The notes: generated by a model from the letters alone, not told the origin. A stretch of DNA of 64,000 nt from Amoebidium appalachense (GCA_963693365.1 CAVNZM010000010.1:8061794-8125793), one strand, 5' to 3'; positions 19,688-34,423 are shown, counted from the first letter of the stretch. Made by a program: numbers and translations.

Positions 19688-20709
19688 ATGAGTGCCCCAG
19701 GTTCAAGTCGTCCTTCCTGCTCTTCGGAGCTGGCAGGGAACAAGCCCATGCTGCTAACGGAAGCGTGCGGTTCTGGGGATGGGAACAGAAACATGGACAT
19801 CGTCTACACGCTGAAGGTATAGAAACTCGGGATTTCTTTTGATTTTGGCTGGTTAGACCGGCAATATATCAATGCTGTTAGGGACTTGGGTCGACCAGCA
19901 TGGCAGGGAGGATGTAGATTCTTGCAGTGATGCATCGAGCTGATTGTGAGCCTCTAGAATAGGCGGTGGATCCTTGAATGCTTTTCGTTTTTGGTTGGTT
20001 TTTAAGGATTTCCGTGTAATTACACGCGGCCAAGAAAAAGCCTCTATTATGGAAATGGCGTGGCACTTGTTCCCGTTTTCTGAATCCCATGTCATCGTGT
20101 GCAGGTTTCTGGCGAAGATTCCCCCAAAGGAGGCATCGGGCTGGTGCTGGTAACCGATGCTAGTGGAAGTATGGCGGGGAATGCTCTTCAAATGGTTAAG
20201 GACGTGCTGTTGGGTGTGGTGGGCATGCTGAGGGACGGTGACTACCTCTCCATCGTTACTTTTAACGACGTGGTCACTACATGTGTTGAAACGTCCAGGG
20301 TTGCAAACGAACTCAAAGAGGAGATTGTTAAGAGGATCCTCAACATCAAGGCGGAGGGACAAACGGATTTTGGAAAAGGTGTGTGTGCAGGGTTGGAACA
20401 GCTCAAGCATATTCCCGAGACACACACCAAAGCTATGTTGGTGCTGAGTGACGGGCAGGTGACAACGGGGCTCGGAAGCGAGAAGGTCAGCAAGAAGCTC
20501 GAGGGCATGTTCAAGGATAAAACACAGAAGTGGGCGGACACCAAAATATGGTATGTGCTCTATGTTTTATATGGTGCAAGTACATACAGAGGAAAGTCAA
20601 AGACGGTGTCTAGTATAACTGTGCTTGCATGCAGTATCTCCACCTGGCTGCGTGTTTGTGCTTGTGTTGGTTTGCGCTGCCATAACCTCCCCCCCCCCTC
20701 CCCCCCCCC

Positions 20710-20741
<32 letters not shown>

Positions 20742-22216
20742 AACAAAAAAAACACAACCACCACCACCACAATTGCTAGGTCATCTCCAAGCTCACACCC
20801 GATGCTCTCTCCCTGATGCTCTCTCTCCTAATGTAATCATTTACTTAAAAAAAACTTCATACTGATTGCAATATTGACTTCTTGGACATAAGCTCCCCCC
20901 TCCCCCCTCCCCCCCCCCCCCCCCACACACACACACACACACACATGCGCGCACGCGCGGTGAACACCTTATGACAGAAAACTGCTCTTTAATAGCTTTT
21001 TATTGTGTTTGTGGTTTGGGGGGGGGGGAGTTGGGGGGGGGATTGAGCATTCGAACCCCCACAAGCACTTCTTTGCTTGCAAACCCATTGTACATCTGCC
21101 CCCCCTCCCTCCCCCCTCTCCCCCAGGCCCAAATCTTGTAATCTCCATATGCAACAGCCCTGCAGGCCATCATTTCGCTCTCCTGTCCTCACTCAGTACC
21201 TCCTTCCTTTTCTCCATTCCACTGACCCTCCCCCCCCTCCCCCCTCTTCCCCCTCCCCCCCCTCCCCTCCCCCCCCTTCCCCCTCCTCCATGCAGGTGGG
21301 TGCCTGTAGGCAGTGAGTGTGACATGCACCTACTCTCTGGCCTGGCCAGACTGAGCCGTACGTGCCTGCAATGCATTGCCGACCAGCAGGCAGTCACGAG
21401 GCTCCTTCCAGTCATTGCCGGCACATTTGTGGGCCAGGCCGTGCACACAGTAGCACGTGACGTGCATGCCTACGTGTGTGCCGCCCCCGGGGTGGTGCTG
21501 GAGTTGCGCAAAGGCACGTGGGAAGTGATTGAGGAGCAGGGGGGCACTGAGGATATAGGCACCATCTTGGATCTGCACACACCCACCTTGGTTGCTGGCA
21601 TGCAAAACGACATCCACCTTAAAGCATATCCCCTTCCTGGTGTCGTTTTGCAGCCCGGCACACACCTGGCCACATGCAGTTTAACGTGGGTAGGGACAAA
21701 CGGAAGACACCAAACTACGTCGGTTGATGTTGTGGTGCCTAAAGGAGGTGGAAAGGTTAGCGACAAGACGGTGGTGGTGGGTAGTCGCATGCGAGAGGTT
21801 GCTGGAGACGCTCTGAGCAGTGCCGGTGTGTTGACGGTGGACACGACGGGCAAGGAGGGGGCTGTGGCTTTGAGCAGTCTGGACAGGGCAGAGGCAGTGC
21901 TGTGCACGGGCATTGCAACCATACACGGTATGTGCTAATTGGGGTATTGGTAGTGGTGTGTGCTTGGTTTGTGATGTTTGATGCGATTAGATATGTGTGT
22001 TGCACGAGAAGCTCTAAAGGTAGGCTGGGGCGCGTTTTTCCCCCGCATTTCTAAGGGTGCGCTGAGTAGTTTTTTTCCTTCTTCCCTTTTTTTCTGTAGA
22101 GTGTGTTGGTGCGCAGTTCTTTTTCCTTTTTTTTTTTTTTTAGGTATGTCTTTCTCCCCAGTTCCGTCATCGTATTCTTCTATATTACGACTCCATTCTC
22201 ACATCTCTTCCCCTTA

Positions 22217-22247
<31 letters not shown>

Positions 22248-24370
22248 TTCCCCCGGTCTTCCGTGTTGCTAAGTAACCCTGTGCTCCCCCCCCCCCCCCC
22301 CCCCCCCCCATTCCCCCTCCCCCCACCCCCCCTACAGACCTAGGCAACATTGTGCCGTTTGGTGTGCCTGGGGGCACCGAGCTGCATGCAGAGAAGACCC
22401 GCCTGCTGGCCAACATGGAGCAGGCCATCACCCTGATTGGCCATGTGCGCAGCGGGAGGGTGCACCCAAATAGGGCAGGTGCAAGCATCATCTCTATGGG
22501 CCAGGTACACGCACTTAAACACTTCCCCTTCCCCCCCCCCCCCCCCCCCCAAAACTCCCCCCCCCCTTCCCCGCCCCCGTACCCGCCCTCACCCCACCCC
22601 TCCGCCACTTCCCCCCTTGGCGAGAGGCAAAATCCATAGAAAAACGATAAGCTGACTCACACTTGGAATGGATGGATAAGTCACGGTGCCTGTTCCACAT
22701 TTATGTCCTCTCTTGATGCCTTCCCCCCTCCCCCCCCCCCCCCCCCCCCCCAAAACAAAAAAAAAAAAAAAAAAAAAAAAAAAACCCCTACAAACAGATG
22801 CACACAGGCAAAGTACCACACACACAGAAATCGTTCCAGGTGACATAAACAAGCGCGCTTATACTTAAGTAACGAGGTTCCAAACAATACAAAAGGGTGC
22901 GCGCACGCACATCAAATACAACCGAGGTTTATTTACTTACAGTGAATCTAGAATACAAACGGGAACAACGAAAAGACCACAATACCCATTGGACCAAGCG
23001 GCCTGTATCAAACCCTGCACCTGAAACTCCCACTTACATGGTGTTTTTTTTCACCCCCACAGTCACACCTATTCCAGCACCCAACACCACCCGAGGTTTT
23101 CACGCAGGGCACGGAACCAATCTACGACTCCAACCACGTGGCCACCTTTTGCAACCAGTTTCTCACCAACATCATCTCCACATGGAGAGAACGAGGGGTG
23201 GATGCAGAGACCCTCCGATTCGCAGACAGAATGGTGACTGAACTGCGGGCGAGGATTGCGCGTAGTAGTGCTATGAAGAGCAACGTTCAAAACACTACCC
23301 GCCCACCCAATCCGGCTCGAACTACCACCACCTGCCCCATTCCAACGCAGACAGACGGCCCCTCCACCATCCCTTCACCACCACCAGCGCGCCCTGAACA
23401 CCCACCAACCGAAATTCAGCGATCCCCAAACACCACAAACACTGCGACTCTCCCTCCCCCCGGCCCCGACCATCAACCGACCAACACTCCTATCAACATA
23501 CCCCCAGTCTCCCCTCGGACACAGCAAGCCACACCTCCCACGTCTACTGCTGCCCCCTTCCCAACATGCCCCACCTCATCCTCTTTTTATGCCAACAACA
23601 CATACACCCCCAACCCCAGCCCCTCTCCCCACCACACCCCCTACGAATGTCTTTCAATCCCTTCCCCTACCGGGACATACACACCTCCCATCCAACCTAC
23701 ACACCACAATAATCCCTATCCCAACTACCACCCACACATGGCCCTATACGCCAATACGGTGACCGGTCCGGTCCCTCCACCCGCCAGCAAAACTCTGCAA
23801 CCCCAATCTACGGCGGGCTCCATTTCCGGCCCTCACTATGAAATCGTCAGCCCCCCCACCAGTGGCACAATGACCGGCGGTAACCATGCCAACACCCAGA
23901 TTTACGCAAACAACACCTCTTTTAACCCACCCAGTCACGGCAGCACCTATATGGAGATGGCTGCCCAGACATACGACAACCACATCATCACAGCAAATGC
24001 ACCAAGAGTGAACATGACCGGACCATACACCCCCTCAGCCCCCAACATAGCTCCTGCCCCTGCTGCCGGGCCTGGCTATGACCTGCACGCGACCCGACCC
24101 ACGAGCGCATATGTGGATGAATCGGGTTATATGAAGTTTTCCGCCGATGCCACCCAGAATGCATATGTACGTCCCACTGCACACGGCCATCCCAGCAGCA
24201 GCCAGCAAGCAACCATGGGGGCTAATGCCGAGGCCAGGCCCAGGCCCAAGGTGCGGCGTAACCCCCATGCGGATTCGTTGCCACCCACCCCCTCCCAGCT
24301 GCAAGTCAACAACAGTGGCCCCTTGGGCTACCAACCACTTTACCCTGCCTTCGACCAGCCGGCTGTCTAG
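19688..24370 (+). CDS. VWA-domain protein (intracellular ITIH/VWA5/Vwaint-like) with a long Pro/Thr-rich, Tyr-motif-rich C-terminal tail; 5 exons: 19688-19816, 20105-20550, 21296-21927, 22338-22504, 23063-24370
   Basis: MIDAS-type LVTDASGSM, LSIVTFND, GQTDFGKG and MLVLSDGQ. All four junctions are GT-AG and in phase, including CAG|gtacac...cacag|TCACAC into the long 3' ORF. No signal peptide is evident. Confidence 0.82.
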
Positions 24371-25062
24371 CTCCCCCCTCCCCCCCCCCCCCCCTCCCCC
24401 CCCCCCCCCCCCCCCTTTCTCCTGTTTTCAGGCAAGGCTCTTTTCTGCTTTCTTTTCTCCCGCCACATGCACGTGCACGCGTACACATGCACACCAAAAA
24501 AAAAAAAAAAAAAAAAAAACACACAAAGCCATTTTTCTAAACATGCATATGCCGGTGGGTAGCACTCCCAGTCTAATTCCATGCTCAACCTTCCCGTCTC
24601 TCCTTTTTCCGCTGTGTACTAAGGGATGATTACGTCGTGTATAAATGTGTTGGTGGCTGTATCCATGAGATGGCTTGATCTTTGGAGCTCATCTCTTTTT
24701 TTTGAGCGCGGGGGGGGGGGGGGGGGGGGGGGTCGTTATTGGTTGACATTTATCACAAACGGTGGATAGGACTATGTTATCATGACGGTCTATGTTGCTG
24801 TATATATGCATTGCTTGTTAAAGACCTGAAACGCGTTCTCCGGAGCTGTTTCCTGGCCCATTATACACAGCTTAGCTTAAGTTGTAGATAGATTTGATTG
24901 TCAAGGAAAATGTGGTGTATACAAATATTTGTTGTGCACATAAATTTTCCATATGGATATGTGAATAAGATATAAGCTCTGCTGAACCATTCTAAATTGA
25001 GGTTTGTGCATCGGAGCTTCTAAAATAAATACTATATGTTGATCAGAGGCTGCAGCCTGCCC

Positions 25063-25107
<45 letters not shown>

Positions 25108-25468
25108 ACCCCCTCCTCCTCAACCCCCCTCCACCCCCCGGGCGGCCCCCTGACGTAATTTCTATGTCTGAAGTTATGAAAAGAAAAGAAGTTTGTGACA
25201 GCGTCTGGCTACCATGTGTAGTGGGCTTAAGTGTGCAGTATGGATGTACATGATATTGTGCATATATCCGATGATTTGTTACTGTGTGTGGTGCTAACAT
25301 GCTCGCGTCACTTTGTATGCGTAAGCGCATGTATAAACACGTGCTGATGCACATGTGTTGTGTGCGTGTGTGTTGTATGGTACTTTGCTCGTGTGTCCAC
25401 TCTCCACCCTGTGTGTGTTTGTGTGTGTGCATGGTATGTAACTCCCCCCCTCCCCCCTCCCTCCCCCC

Positions 25469-25507
<39 letters not shown>

Positions 25508-25599
25508 AAAAAAAAAAAAAAAAAAAAAACCGGAAGTAATCGGGTGGAAGGCTCTTCATTTATAACTCTGTGTGTGACCGTGTGTTACCGTGTGTGCGT

Positions 25600-25644
<45 letters not shown>

Positions 25645-25651
25645 TGTGCGT

Positions 25652-25692
<41 letters not shown>

Positions 25693-25808
25693 AGCCTGGG
25701 GGTAGGACGTGGGTCCATAATATGCCAACAGGTAGTAGGTATGTCTCTCAATTTTCGAAATGGGGAGGAGGGATGGGGGATGGTTGCCCCCCCCCTCCCC
25801 CCCCCTCC

Positions 25809-25839
<31 letters not shown>

Positions 25840-26573
25840 ACACAGTACATCCACCCCTAGCAGGCATTCAACATTGTGTCCATGCTGCACTGAAAGACCT
25901 GTGAGTTGTGCTTTGCTCATTTGGCACTTTATTCAGATAATGAGTTCTGGGTGGCGGTGTGCAGCCCAGCCACACATAAGCATCCATCGGCTGGTTATAT
26001 TACTACCGACATCGTTTAAAGCTTCGATCACATACATTTCTAATAGGGATTTCGGTGTATGATATGTACTTTTCAATCGCAGGTCCTTATGGACATAAGA
26101 GACGGTTGGGATATGCAAGTGGGAACTGTAGAAGAAGGTGCACAGGTTTTGATGAGCAGAGGGGAAAAGAATTGACCCCGAGGGGAGGGAGAGGAAGGCA
26201 ATCAGGTGCGGGGGGGGGGGGGGGGGGAGTAAGCTGGAAGGCGGGTGAGGGTGATGTCTATCAGCGGAAAACTGCCACAATACGACGGGAAGGGATCGTG
26301 AGAACAGCACACCACTAATGATAACATGTCAGAGGTCATGGCTGGTGCTAAATCGAAGCAGAGGCAGGCTCCTAGCCTAGCTCAGCTTCCGTATCATTCA
26401 GAAAAATTGCCTCCCACACTACTATCTTCTTCACCAAGTCTGATATAGACAAACAAGGGCCCCCCGGGGGAAGAGGGGGGAAGGGGGGGGGGAGGGGGGA
26501 GGGGGGAAGGCGCGGGGGGAAGGAAAGGAAGGGGGCGTTGTGTGAGAAGGTGGGGAGGTTAAAAAAAAGGGCT

Positions 26574-26629
<56 letters not shown>

Positions 26630-27628
26630 GAAGGGGGGGGAGGGGGGGAGGGTTGGGAGCACAGTTTGGGGATTTCTCGTTTTGAAACTTTTGGTGATAA
26701 CAGCACGCATTGTGACTCGGGCTGTGCATACAAGTCGGTATCACGTGTCTACGTAAAGCAAATGTGTACTAAGGCAATTCAATGCAGCCAGACGAAAGAA
26801 AAAGGTTATGGATGTGATGCCTGTCTAATAATAGGGGATATAGTGGTGACGATGGCGGCCGTGGGGGGTGAAGGAAGCAAAGAGGGAGTGGTTAGTTGGG
26901 TAAGGGGGCGCGGAGAGGCGGAGGGGGAGGGGAGGGAGGGGTTAAAAAGGGGAGGGTCTGGGGGAAGGGGGGGGGGGGGGGGGGGGGGGGAAGGGGGCGG
27001 CGCAGAGGGGCTGGGGGGGAGCGGGGGGGGAAGCCTAAAGCGAGAAGCAAGTACAACAGAAGCCAAGTGATGAGCAGCTAAGCCTCGTAAGCATAGCATC
27101 GGCCTACCTGGTTGCCTGCGTGATAGCTACCTGTACATGGCTTGAGATGAGAAGTGTTGGCCGCAACATTTGTGGGTGCAATGGCATATGTGGAAAAGCC
27201 GACCGCTGGATGCCGTGGTCATCATCGCCAGTGGAAGGCAATTGGATGGGAAAAGAGACTGATAGATCAAAGTGGCGAGATGGTGTGGTTGCATACAGAA
27301 AGACTGAGAACAAGTTTTTAGAGAGATTCATGTAAACTTTGCAGTTGCTCAGCCCTACGCTGACTTTGGCTGCATGTCATTATCCAGTACGGTGCAACAA
27401 AACACGCTGAATGAGATCGACTTGCCTTTTGCAGAGTAATGAAATGGAAAGAGGATAGAGATGCTTGCATCACGAGAACATATTGTTCCTTGCTGCATGT
27501 GTTGCACATCACATGACTATAATTTAGGCACCCTAACTTTTGTACACTCAGTCACCTGTCTCTGTACAACAGGAGGGATTCGTGCATGTAGGCCCCTACA
27601 CATAACGCCGTACGGATACACACGTGTG

Positions 27629-27983
27629 CCAATCAAAGTCAACAAAATGGGTGAGGTTTAAGCCAATCGACAGACTGGTTGACTAGGTTGGCTCACTGCA
27701 TTATCAGTCCTTTCCCTTGGGTGCATCATTCCTTCAACAGTTAACACACACTTTTTTCTTAAAATCACCACTATTTTTCTTGCTGCTCATTTTATAATAA
27801 CTTAGTTAATTATCGTCTAGTAACCTCTTGCTTTTACTGTGTGAGTAGCGAGCTTCCGAAATCCTTAGCTAAGCCTGATTTCAATGTTTTTACATACGAA
27901 AGAAATATTCACAGCATGATTGGCTATATATCATGCTTTAGTCAAAAAGCCGTTGCGATCCTCTGAAACCTCCAGCTATAAAA
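27629..27983 (+). promoter_or_regulatory. Putative fadE promoter: CCAAT boxes (27629, 27663, reverse at 27919) and TATAAAA (27977-27983)
   Basis: Motifs lie about 120-480 bp upstream of ATG 28105 in microsatellite-free DNA. Function is inferred. Confidence 0.45.
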
Positions 27984-28104
27984 CGAACTGGGCTCAGCTT
28001 CATAGGCTAGCAAACTGACTTGGTGGTGTGGAGTAATCGGAGGAACTGTTTCTAAGCTAATCTATTGTTCCCAAACACCACCTACTTTTGTCAACTACAC
28101 CACC

Positions 28105-28271
28105 ATGTTGTCGTCTAAGGCGGCGCTTGCCAGCCGCACTGTGCGGTTGGTGGCTAGGGCTAGCCAGAAGCTGCCTGCCCGCAACTTCATGGGTGCTGCT
28201 TACAACCTGGCAAAGAAGGTGGGTGCCCCGTGTGATGCCCCGTGAGTTGAAGTTAGTATTCCTGCAACCAG

Positions 28272-28341
<70 letters not shown>

Positions 28342-29227
28342 AGTTGTGTGCGTGTGTGTGTGTGTGTGTACGTGTGTGCGTGCGTCTGTTCAACATGGGT
28401 GTGCTCCTTTGCCGGTGCACACGCATTTCAGTAGTGGTCGAGGTGTGAGTGGGCTCGTGCTTAAGGGGTTGCAAAGGCGTGCGGGTGTCAACAGGTACGT
28501 GGGGCGAGTACGAGTCAGCTGTGGGGTGAGGTGGCATAGTTTAAATGGTGCTGGTTGTTGTGACGGAGAAGGGGGGCTTGGAAGAGAGTCACGAACATTT
28601 TTTGACTGTGGGGTTTGCCTCGTGTAGGCGGTGCCAAAGATGTCCGACACCGAGAGGGCTGCCCTGGATGCCGGTACGGTTGGCTTTGACCGGGAGCTGT
28701 TTGGAGGAAGCCCACGTCTGGGCTCGCTTATGAAGTACGATGCTGTGCTCAGCGAGAAGGAGGTGGGTAACCGGGTTTCGGCTGTTTTCACTTACACAGT
28801 GCGTGTTGTGGAGGAGGGTGTTGAATAACCTCTTCCCTTCTCGGCAGGGTGATTATAAATCTCGCAGTGTTAGTGTGAAAAGTATAATGACATATAGAAG
28901 CAAGAGAAGGACTTTCTTTTGCTGGGGTTGTGGCCCCTCGAAAGGGGGGAAGCTTAAAGGGGGGGGGGGGGAGGGCTTTGAGGATCCGAAGGAAGGAAAC
29001 GCTGAAGTGACTTAAGGGGGGTAGGCTGTGGGTTTTTGTGTCTGTACACTTCTCGGATTTAACTCCTTGAGGAAGGGGGAGGGAGTGCTAAGGGGGGAGG
29101 AGGGGTTGTTCTGGGGGTGTCCGGGGAGGGGGGGGGGGGGGGGGGGATTACGATAGGCTCCATTACAGGGCCAAGACAAGGTTGTTAGGTGCAACCCCCA
29201 TATGGACAGGAATGATGCACGGGGGGC

Positions 29228-29258
<31 letters not shown>

Positions 29259-29583
29259 TGATGCACGGGTAAGTGCCTAGCTCATTAAGCATCATGAATC
29301 TGACTGGGTGGTGCACAGAAATCGTTCCTTGCCAACGAGGTGGAGGTTTTGTGCAACATGCTGGACGACTACCAGATCCAGAAGGACATGGACATGCCCC
29401 CCCACGTGTGGAAGTACATCAAAGAGAACAGGTTCCTGGGCATGATTGTGCCCGAGGAGAAGGGCGGCCTGGGCTTCTCCCCGTATGCCCACAGCTTGGT
29501 GAGTGTTTATGTGGGGTTTACGTGTTTCTATGGTAGTGGTGCATGTGGGTGGGTGGTTTTTTTTTGTGTGTGTGTGTGTCTGT

Positions 29584-29618
<35 letters not shown>

Positions 29619-30314
29619 TGCAAGAGAACTGTACGACAGGTGCAATGTTCCAAGGAAAATGTCTGAAGATTATATTTCTTCCGATGCCACGTTTTCCCGG
29701 CCCAGTCCATTTCTAACATTGTTTTTCTCTGCCCCAGGTTGTGCAAAAGATTGCCACGCGTAGTGTTACTGCCGCAGTCACTGTCAGTGTGCCCAACTCC
29801 CTCGGGCCCGCCGAGCTCTTGATGAAGTACGGTACCGATGAGCAGCGCAGCCACTACCTGCCCCGTCTAGCCGTGGGCAAGGATGTGCCCTGCTTTGCCC
29901 TGACTGGGCCCCATTCTGGGTCTGATGCGGCCAGCATGCCCGACAGCGGGATGGTGTGTGTCAAGAACGGCAGGCTGGGGGTCAGTGTGACCTTCAATAA
30001 GCGCTACATCACATTGGCCCCTATTGCCTCCGTGGTCGGCCTTGCCTTTGTGCTGCAGGTATGCCCTCCCCCTCCCCCCTTCCCCCGCCCTCCTCCTCCC
30101 CCCCCCCCCCCCCCCCGCCCCCCCTCGTCCCACGCTCTCCTCGACAACACGGCTTGTGCATCTGTTCTATTCCGAAGCCAACTTCAGCCCCCCCCCCCCC
30201 CCCCCCCGCTCCCTTTTTAAGAACCGGTGTTCCCTTTCTTCGGCCCTCTCCCCCTGGTATCTTCCCAAATATATGTGCTACAAGAAGTTGAAAGTATCTG
30301 GAGATTTTTTTTTT

Positions 30315-30345
<31 letters not shown>

Positions 30346-32491
30346 TTGACCAAACAACAAGCATGCAATAGACAATCGCTGTGCTGGATTCCACACACCC
30401 TTTTGTGCAAGAGTCCCATGTGTGATTATCAGCTCTTTTTTTAACACGTGCACTCGACAGGACCCCGAGGGCCTTCTCAAGGGGGTAGGCAAGGAGGGCA
30501 TCTCCCTTGCCCTGCTGCCCAGGGACACACCGGGGCTGCAGCTGGGGGAGAGGCACGACACGCTGTCGATTGCATTCATGAACGGCACAGTTAAGGGCAC
30601 CAACGTGTTCATCCCCATGGACTATCTGATTGGTGGCCAGAAGTATGCGGGTTTTGGATGGAACATGCTTATGGAGTGTCTCAGCGAGGGCCGAGGTATC
30701 TCTCTCCCTGCTTCATCTGCCGCTACGGGCCGTGCGTCCGTTGCGGCCGTTGGCGCGTATGCACGCATCCGCAAGCAGTTCAAGGTGCCCATTGCAGAGC
30801 TGGAGGGTGTGCAGGAGAGGTTGGCCCGCATAGCCGCTGAGGCCTACACGATGAATGCCGCCACGACCCTCATGTGTGCTATTTTGGGCAGCCATGAGCG
30901 GCCCAGTGTGCTGTCTGCCATCATGAAGCAGCAGTGCACGGAGAAGGGCCGTACGGTCATCAATGAGGCCATGGACATAGTGGGTGGTGCTGGCATCTGC
31001 AAGGGGCCTAGGAACCTGCTGGCCACGCCTTACCAGGTCAATACCCCCCTCCCCCTCCTCCCCTCCCCCCCCCCCCCCTCCTCCCCCCCGCGAGCGGCTG
31101 TTGTGTATGCCCTGTACTTGTGCAGCATGCCTTTGTATGAGGTTTTTTTGCGCTTAGCTCCATCATGTTAACCATTGTGACTTAGTATGTACTTCATTCT
31201 GTATACCACGTTTCAAACCCCCTGCACCCCTGCCTCCCCTCCCCCCCCCCCCCCCCCCCCCCCCCCCTTCTCTCCTCACTCCCTACCTCCCACCCTCCCA
31301 CCCTCCCACCCTCCCACCCTCCCTCCCTCCCTCGGGTGCACACGTGCCCCTCCCCTGCATTAAACCAGCAGACCCTTTGTTCATATGTTCCTCTCAGCAA
31401 ATACTTATGGCCTGTATTCCCTGCAGGCTACCCCCGTGGCCATCACCGTCGAGGGGTCCAACACGCTCACACGGTCGCTGATCATCTTTGGTCAGGGTCT
31501 TGTAAGGGCACATCCCTACCTGCTCAACGTCATGGAATCCATCCAGCGGGGCAACGACATTAAAGGCTTCACCAAGGGCCTTAACCAAATGGTCAGCCAC
31601 GCCACCACTAATGCCGCTAGGTCTGTTAAGCGTGCAGTTACCCGCAGGCGCCTTAAGGGCAATGATCTTGTCGGCTACTATGAGTCGCAGTTGGAGCGCC
31701 TTGCGTCTGCCTTTGCCGTCAACAGCGACTTGGCCCTGACTATGGGTGGTCGGCTCAAGACGGCCGAGTTTGTGTCTGGGCGCTATGCCGATGCTCTATC
31801 CGGGCTATACCTGGGGTATGCGTGCCTGTGGTACCACATGAAGAATCCCGTTGCTGACGGTGATGCGGTGCTGGAGGTGGCCATGGACCGTATCCTCAGC
31901 GAGGTGCAGGAGGCACTGCATGGCGCTGCTAGAAACTTCCCCATCAGGCCTGTGGGCTGGCTCATGAGTGCCCTTGCTTTCCCCTTTGGCAAGAGCTACT
32001 CTCTGCCTACTGACAGGGCAGTAAGGGAGGCTGCTAAGAGCATTTCAACGGAGACGGCGGTGCGGCGGCTGCTGATTGAGCATGTGTTTGTGCCGGCCAA
32101 TAGGAACGAGCAGATGAGCATGCTGCTGCAGGGCCTGCCATTGGCTGTCAAGGCTGACAGGATACTGGCTGACTGCAAGCGCAACAAGCGCACACCATCA
32201 CAGGACGAGCAGGTGAGCATATACACCTCCCACACCCACCCACCCCTCCCTTTTAGGTAGGAACCAAGCACAAACACATCTTATGATTATTTACTGATTA
32301 CTGATATGATGACCTTGCACTCAACATTTTACCCTCTTTTGATGTTTCACTCTTGCAACCCTTGTGCATGTTGGGTTAACAATTTGTTATCTGTATAGGT
32401 GTGTGTGTGGATTTGTGGCCCATGGTGTTGTGATGACAGGTGGCGGGTCCGGGTGTGTGTTTTTTTTTGTTTTTGTTTTTTTGTTTTTTTT

Positions 32492-32522
<31 letters not shown>

Positions 32523-32751
32523 AGCGGGGGAGACATATACACTATTCACCCGCGTCCAGAAAGTCATTTTTACCACTTAGGCCCTTAGGCCCTTTCCATA
32601 TGTTGACTATACCTCCCCACAGGCCACGATTGATGCTGCCGATGCCATCCGCAATGTGGTGGTGCAGGTCGATGCCTTCCCTGCATTGGGCCGGGCAGAG
32701 TGGGAGAGGGTGCTGGCTAGCGAGGATGAGCCCATGATGGCCCACAAGTAG
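28105..32751 (+). CDS. fadE: Acyl-CoA dehydrogenase, FadE type (with the C-terminal DUF1974-like extension) and a mitochondrial-like presequence; 7 exons: 28105-28218, 28628-28762, 29319-29498, 29738-30058, 30461-31036, 31427-32212, 32623-32751
   Basis: [114 protein letters not shown] and QVDAF match proteobacterial FadE. All introns are phase 0 GT-AG. Confidence 0.95.
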
Positions 32752-33707
32752 ACGTGATATGCGGCCAATGGCTGACACCCAATGCATGTTGTGGTGTGAT
32801 GTTCTGAAATGAATCGAAGGAAGTGCTTTGTTTTTCTTAACGCCTATGATAATCATTGAGATCGTATGTTTATGCAAGTTCATGTAAAAATGACAGACAG
32901 CGAGAACGAAATACGAAGGTACCACAATTTATTCAAGAAACAATAAACTTTAAACGCTGCGCATGTGATTCATGTATCCCTCGCCCCCTCACACCTCCCC
33001 CCCTACCCCACCTCCCCCCCCCCGGGGACGCATCTGCGCACCCACCTACACGTGTGCAAACACACCCAGACAGGCAGAACATATCACCGTCGAAAAAAAC
33101 ACTACACATGGGCATCCCACACACTTGCGTTTAGGTTATACTTTGATTGTCCGCTTCCCCAGACCCCTGGATCCGCACACCCACACGTACCAAACACACA
33201 CAGGCATGCACACACTTAGTGCACGCAGACAAACAGAATTATTCTATCGCTATCTACTATGCACGTGCACCACTGCTACACAGACAAACATGTGTGCACA
33301 CAGACATGCACACACACACATATACACGTGCCCATACACACTCACCGGCAGCTGCTGGTACCGGTGGTGGTCCGAGTGCCACCACGTGCGCCAGAACAAC
33401 AGATGTGCATGAAGTCCGTCCCCCCTTCCCTCCCTCGCCTCCCCCCCTGTCAACACATGTGCAGAGAGTGACAAGCTGACAATCAGACATGCATTATGCC
33501 ACACCGCTAGCTCTTTTGCAGTTTACGTACAGAATTCACCAATGTCGAAAGTGGCACTACACGAGTAATATGCTTCGTTAACGAAAGTGTCTAGTGTACG
33601 TTGCCGCCTGCGGAACAGGTTGCTCCCCGACTCTCCCCCCCTTCCCCCCCCCTCTCCCCCCCCCCCCAACCGTCTAGTCACTGTGTTGCCGGATGCGGAA
33701 CAGGTTG

Positions 33708-33738
<31 letters not shown>

Positions 33739-34138
33739 ACCACCACCACCACCACCACCACCACCGCCCATCACCACCACGTGCACACACGTGCACGCAA
33801 CACACACAGAGAGAGAGAGAGCAGAAAGGCAAGCGCTTGACAGACACCAAACATACTAATGTCTCCAAAAAAAAACAAAAAACGTAGACACGCAATGTGA
33901 ACGTTCACATTCATATCAATGTCTGGACAGGTGCGGTGAAATGTAAAACGGCACATTTGCACGTATACACTCACAAGCACACACACATTTCTCGATATGC
34001 GGTACGGCCATTTGCAGCCCGAACCATATGGGGAGAAGTGATTGATCCCCCTGTTCCCCCCCTCCGCCTCCTCCTCAAGGATTCCTCCCTCCGCACACCC
34101 ACCACCACCAGCACCACGTGTGTGTGTGTGTATGCGTG

Positions 34139-34139
<1 letters not shown>

Positions 34140-34236
<97 letters not shown>

Positions 34237-34392
34237 CACACATGTACACACACACACACACACACGATGAAGCCCGCACGCGCACACGCACGAGATTCAC
34301 ACGCTACACGCACGCGCCCACACCGGTCCACACCCACACTCCCCACGCCCAACGCCCAACCCCTTCCTCTCCCACGCCCCCATCTCTCCCTC

Positions 34393-34423
<31 letters not shown>

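Noticed and set aside
25860-27660. Unique-looking sequence between the VWA gene and fadE as a hidden gene
   Set aside because: I could not assemble a phase-consistent or recognisable coding chain; RNA-seq is needed.
33590-33710. Short duplication TGCGGAACAGGTTGCT
   Set aside because: Only two ~16-bp copies around a C-tract, consistent with local slippage.
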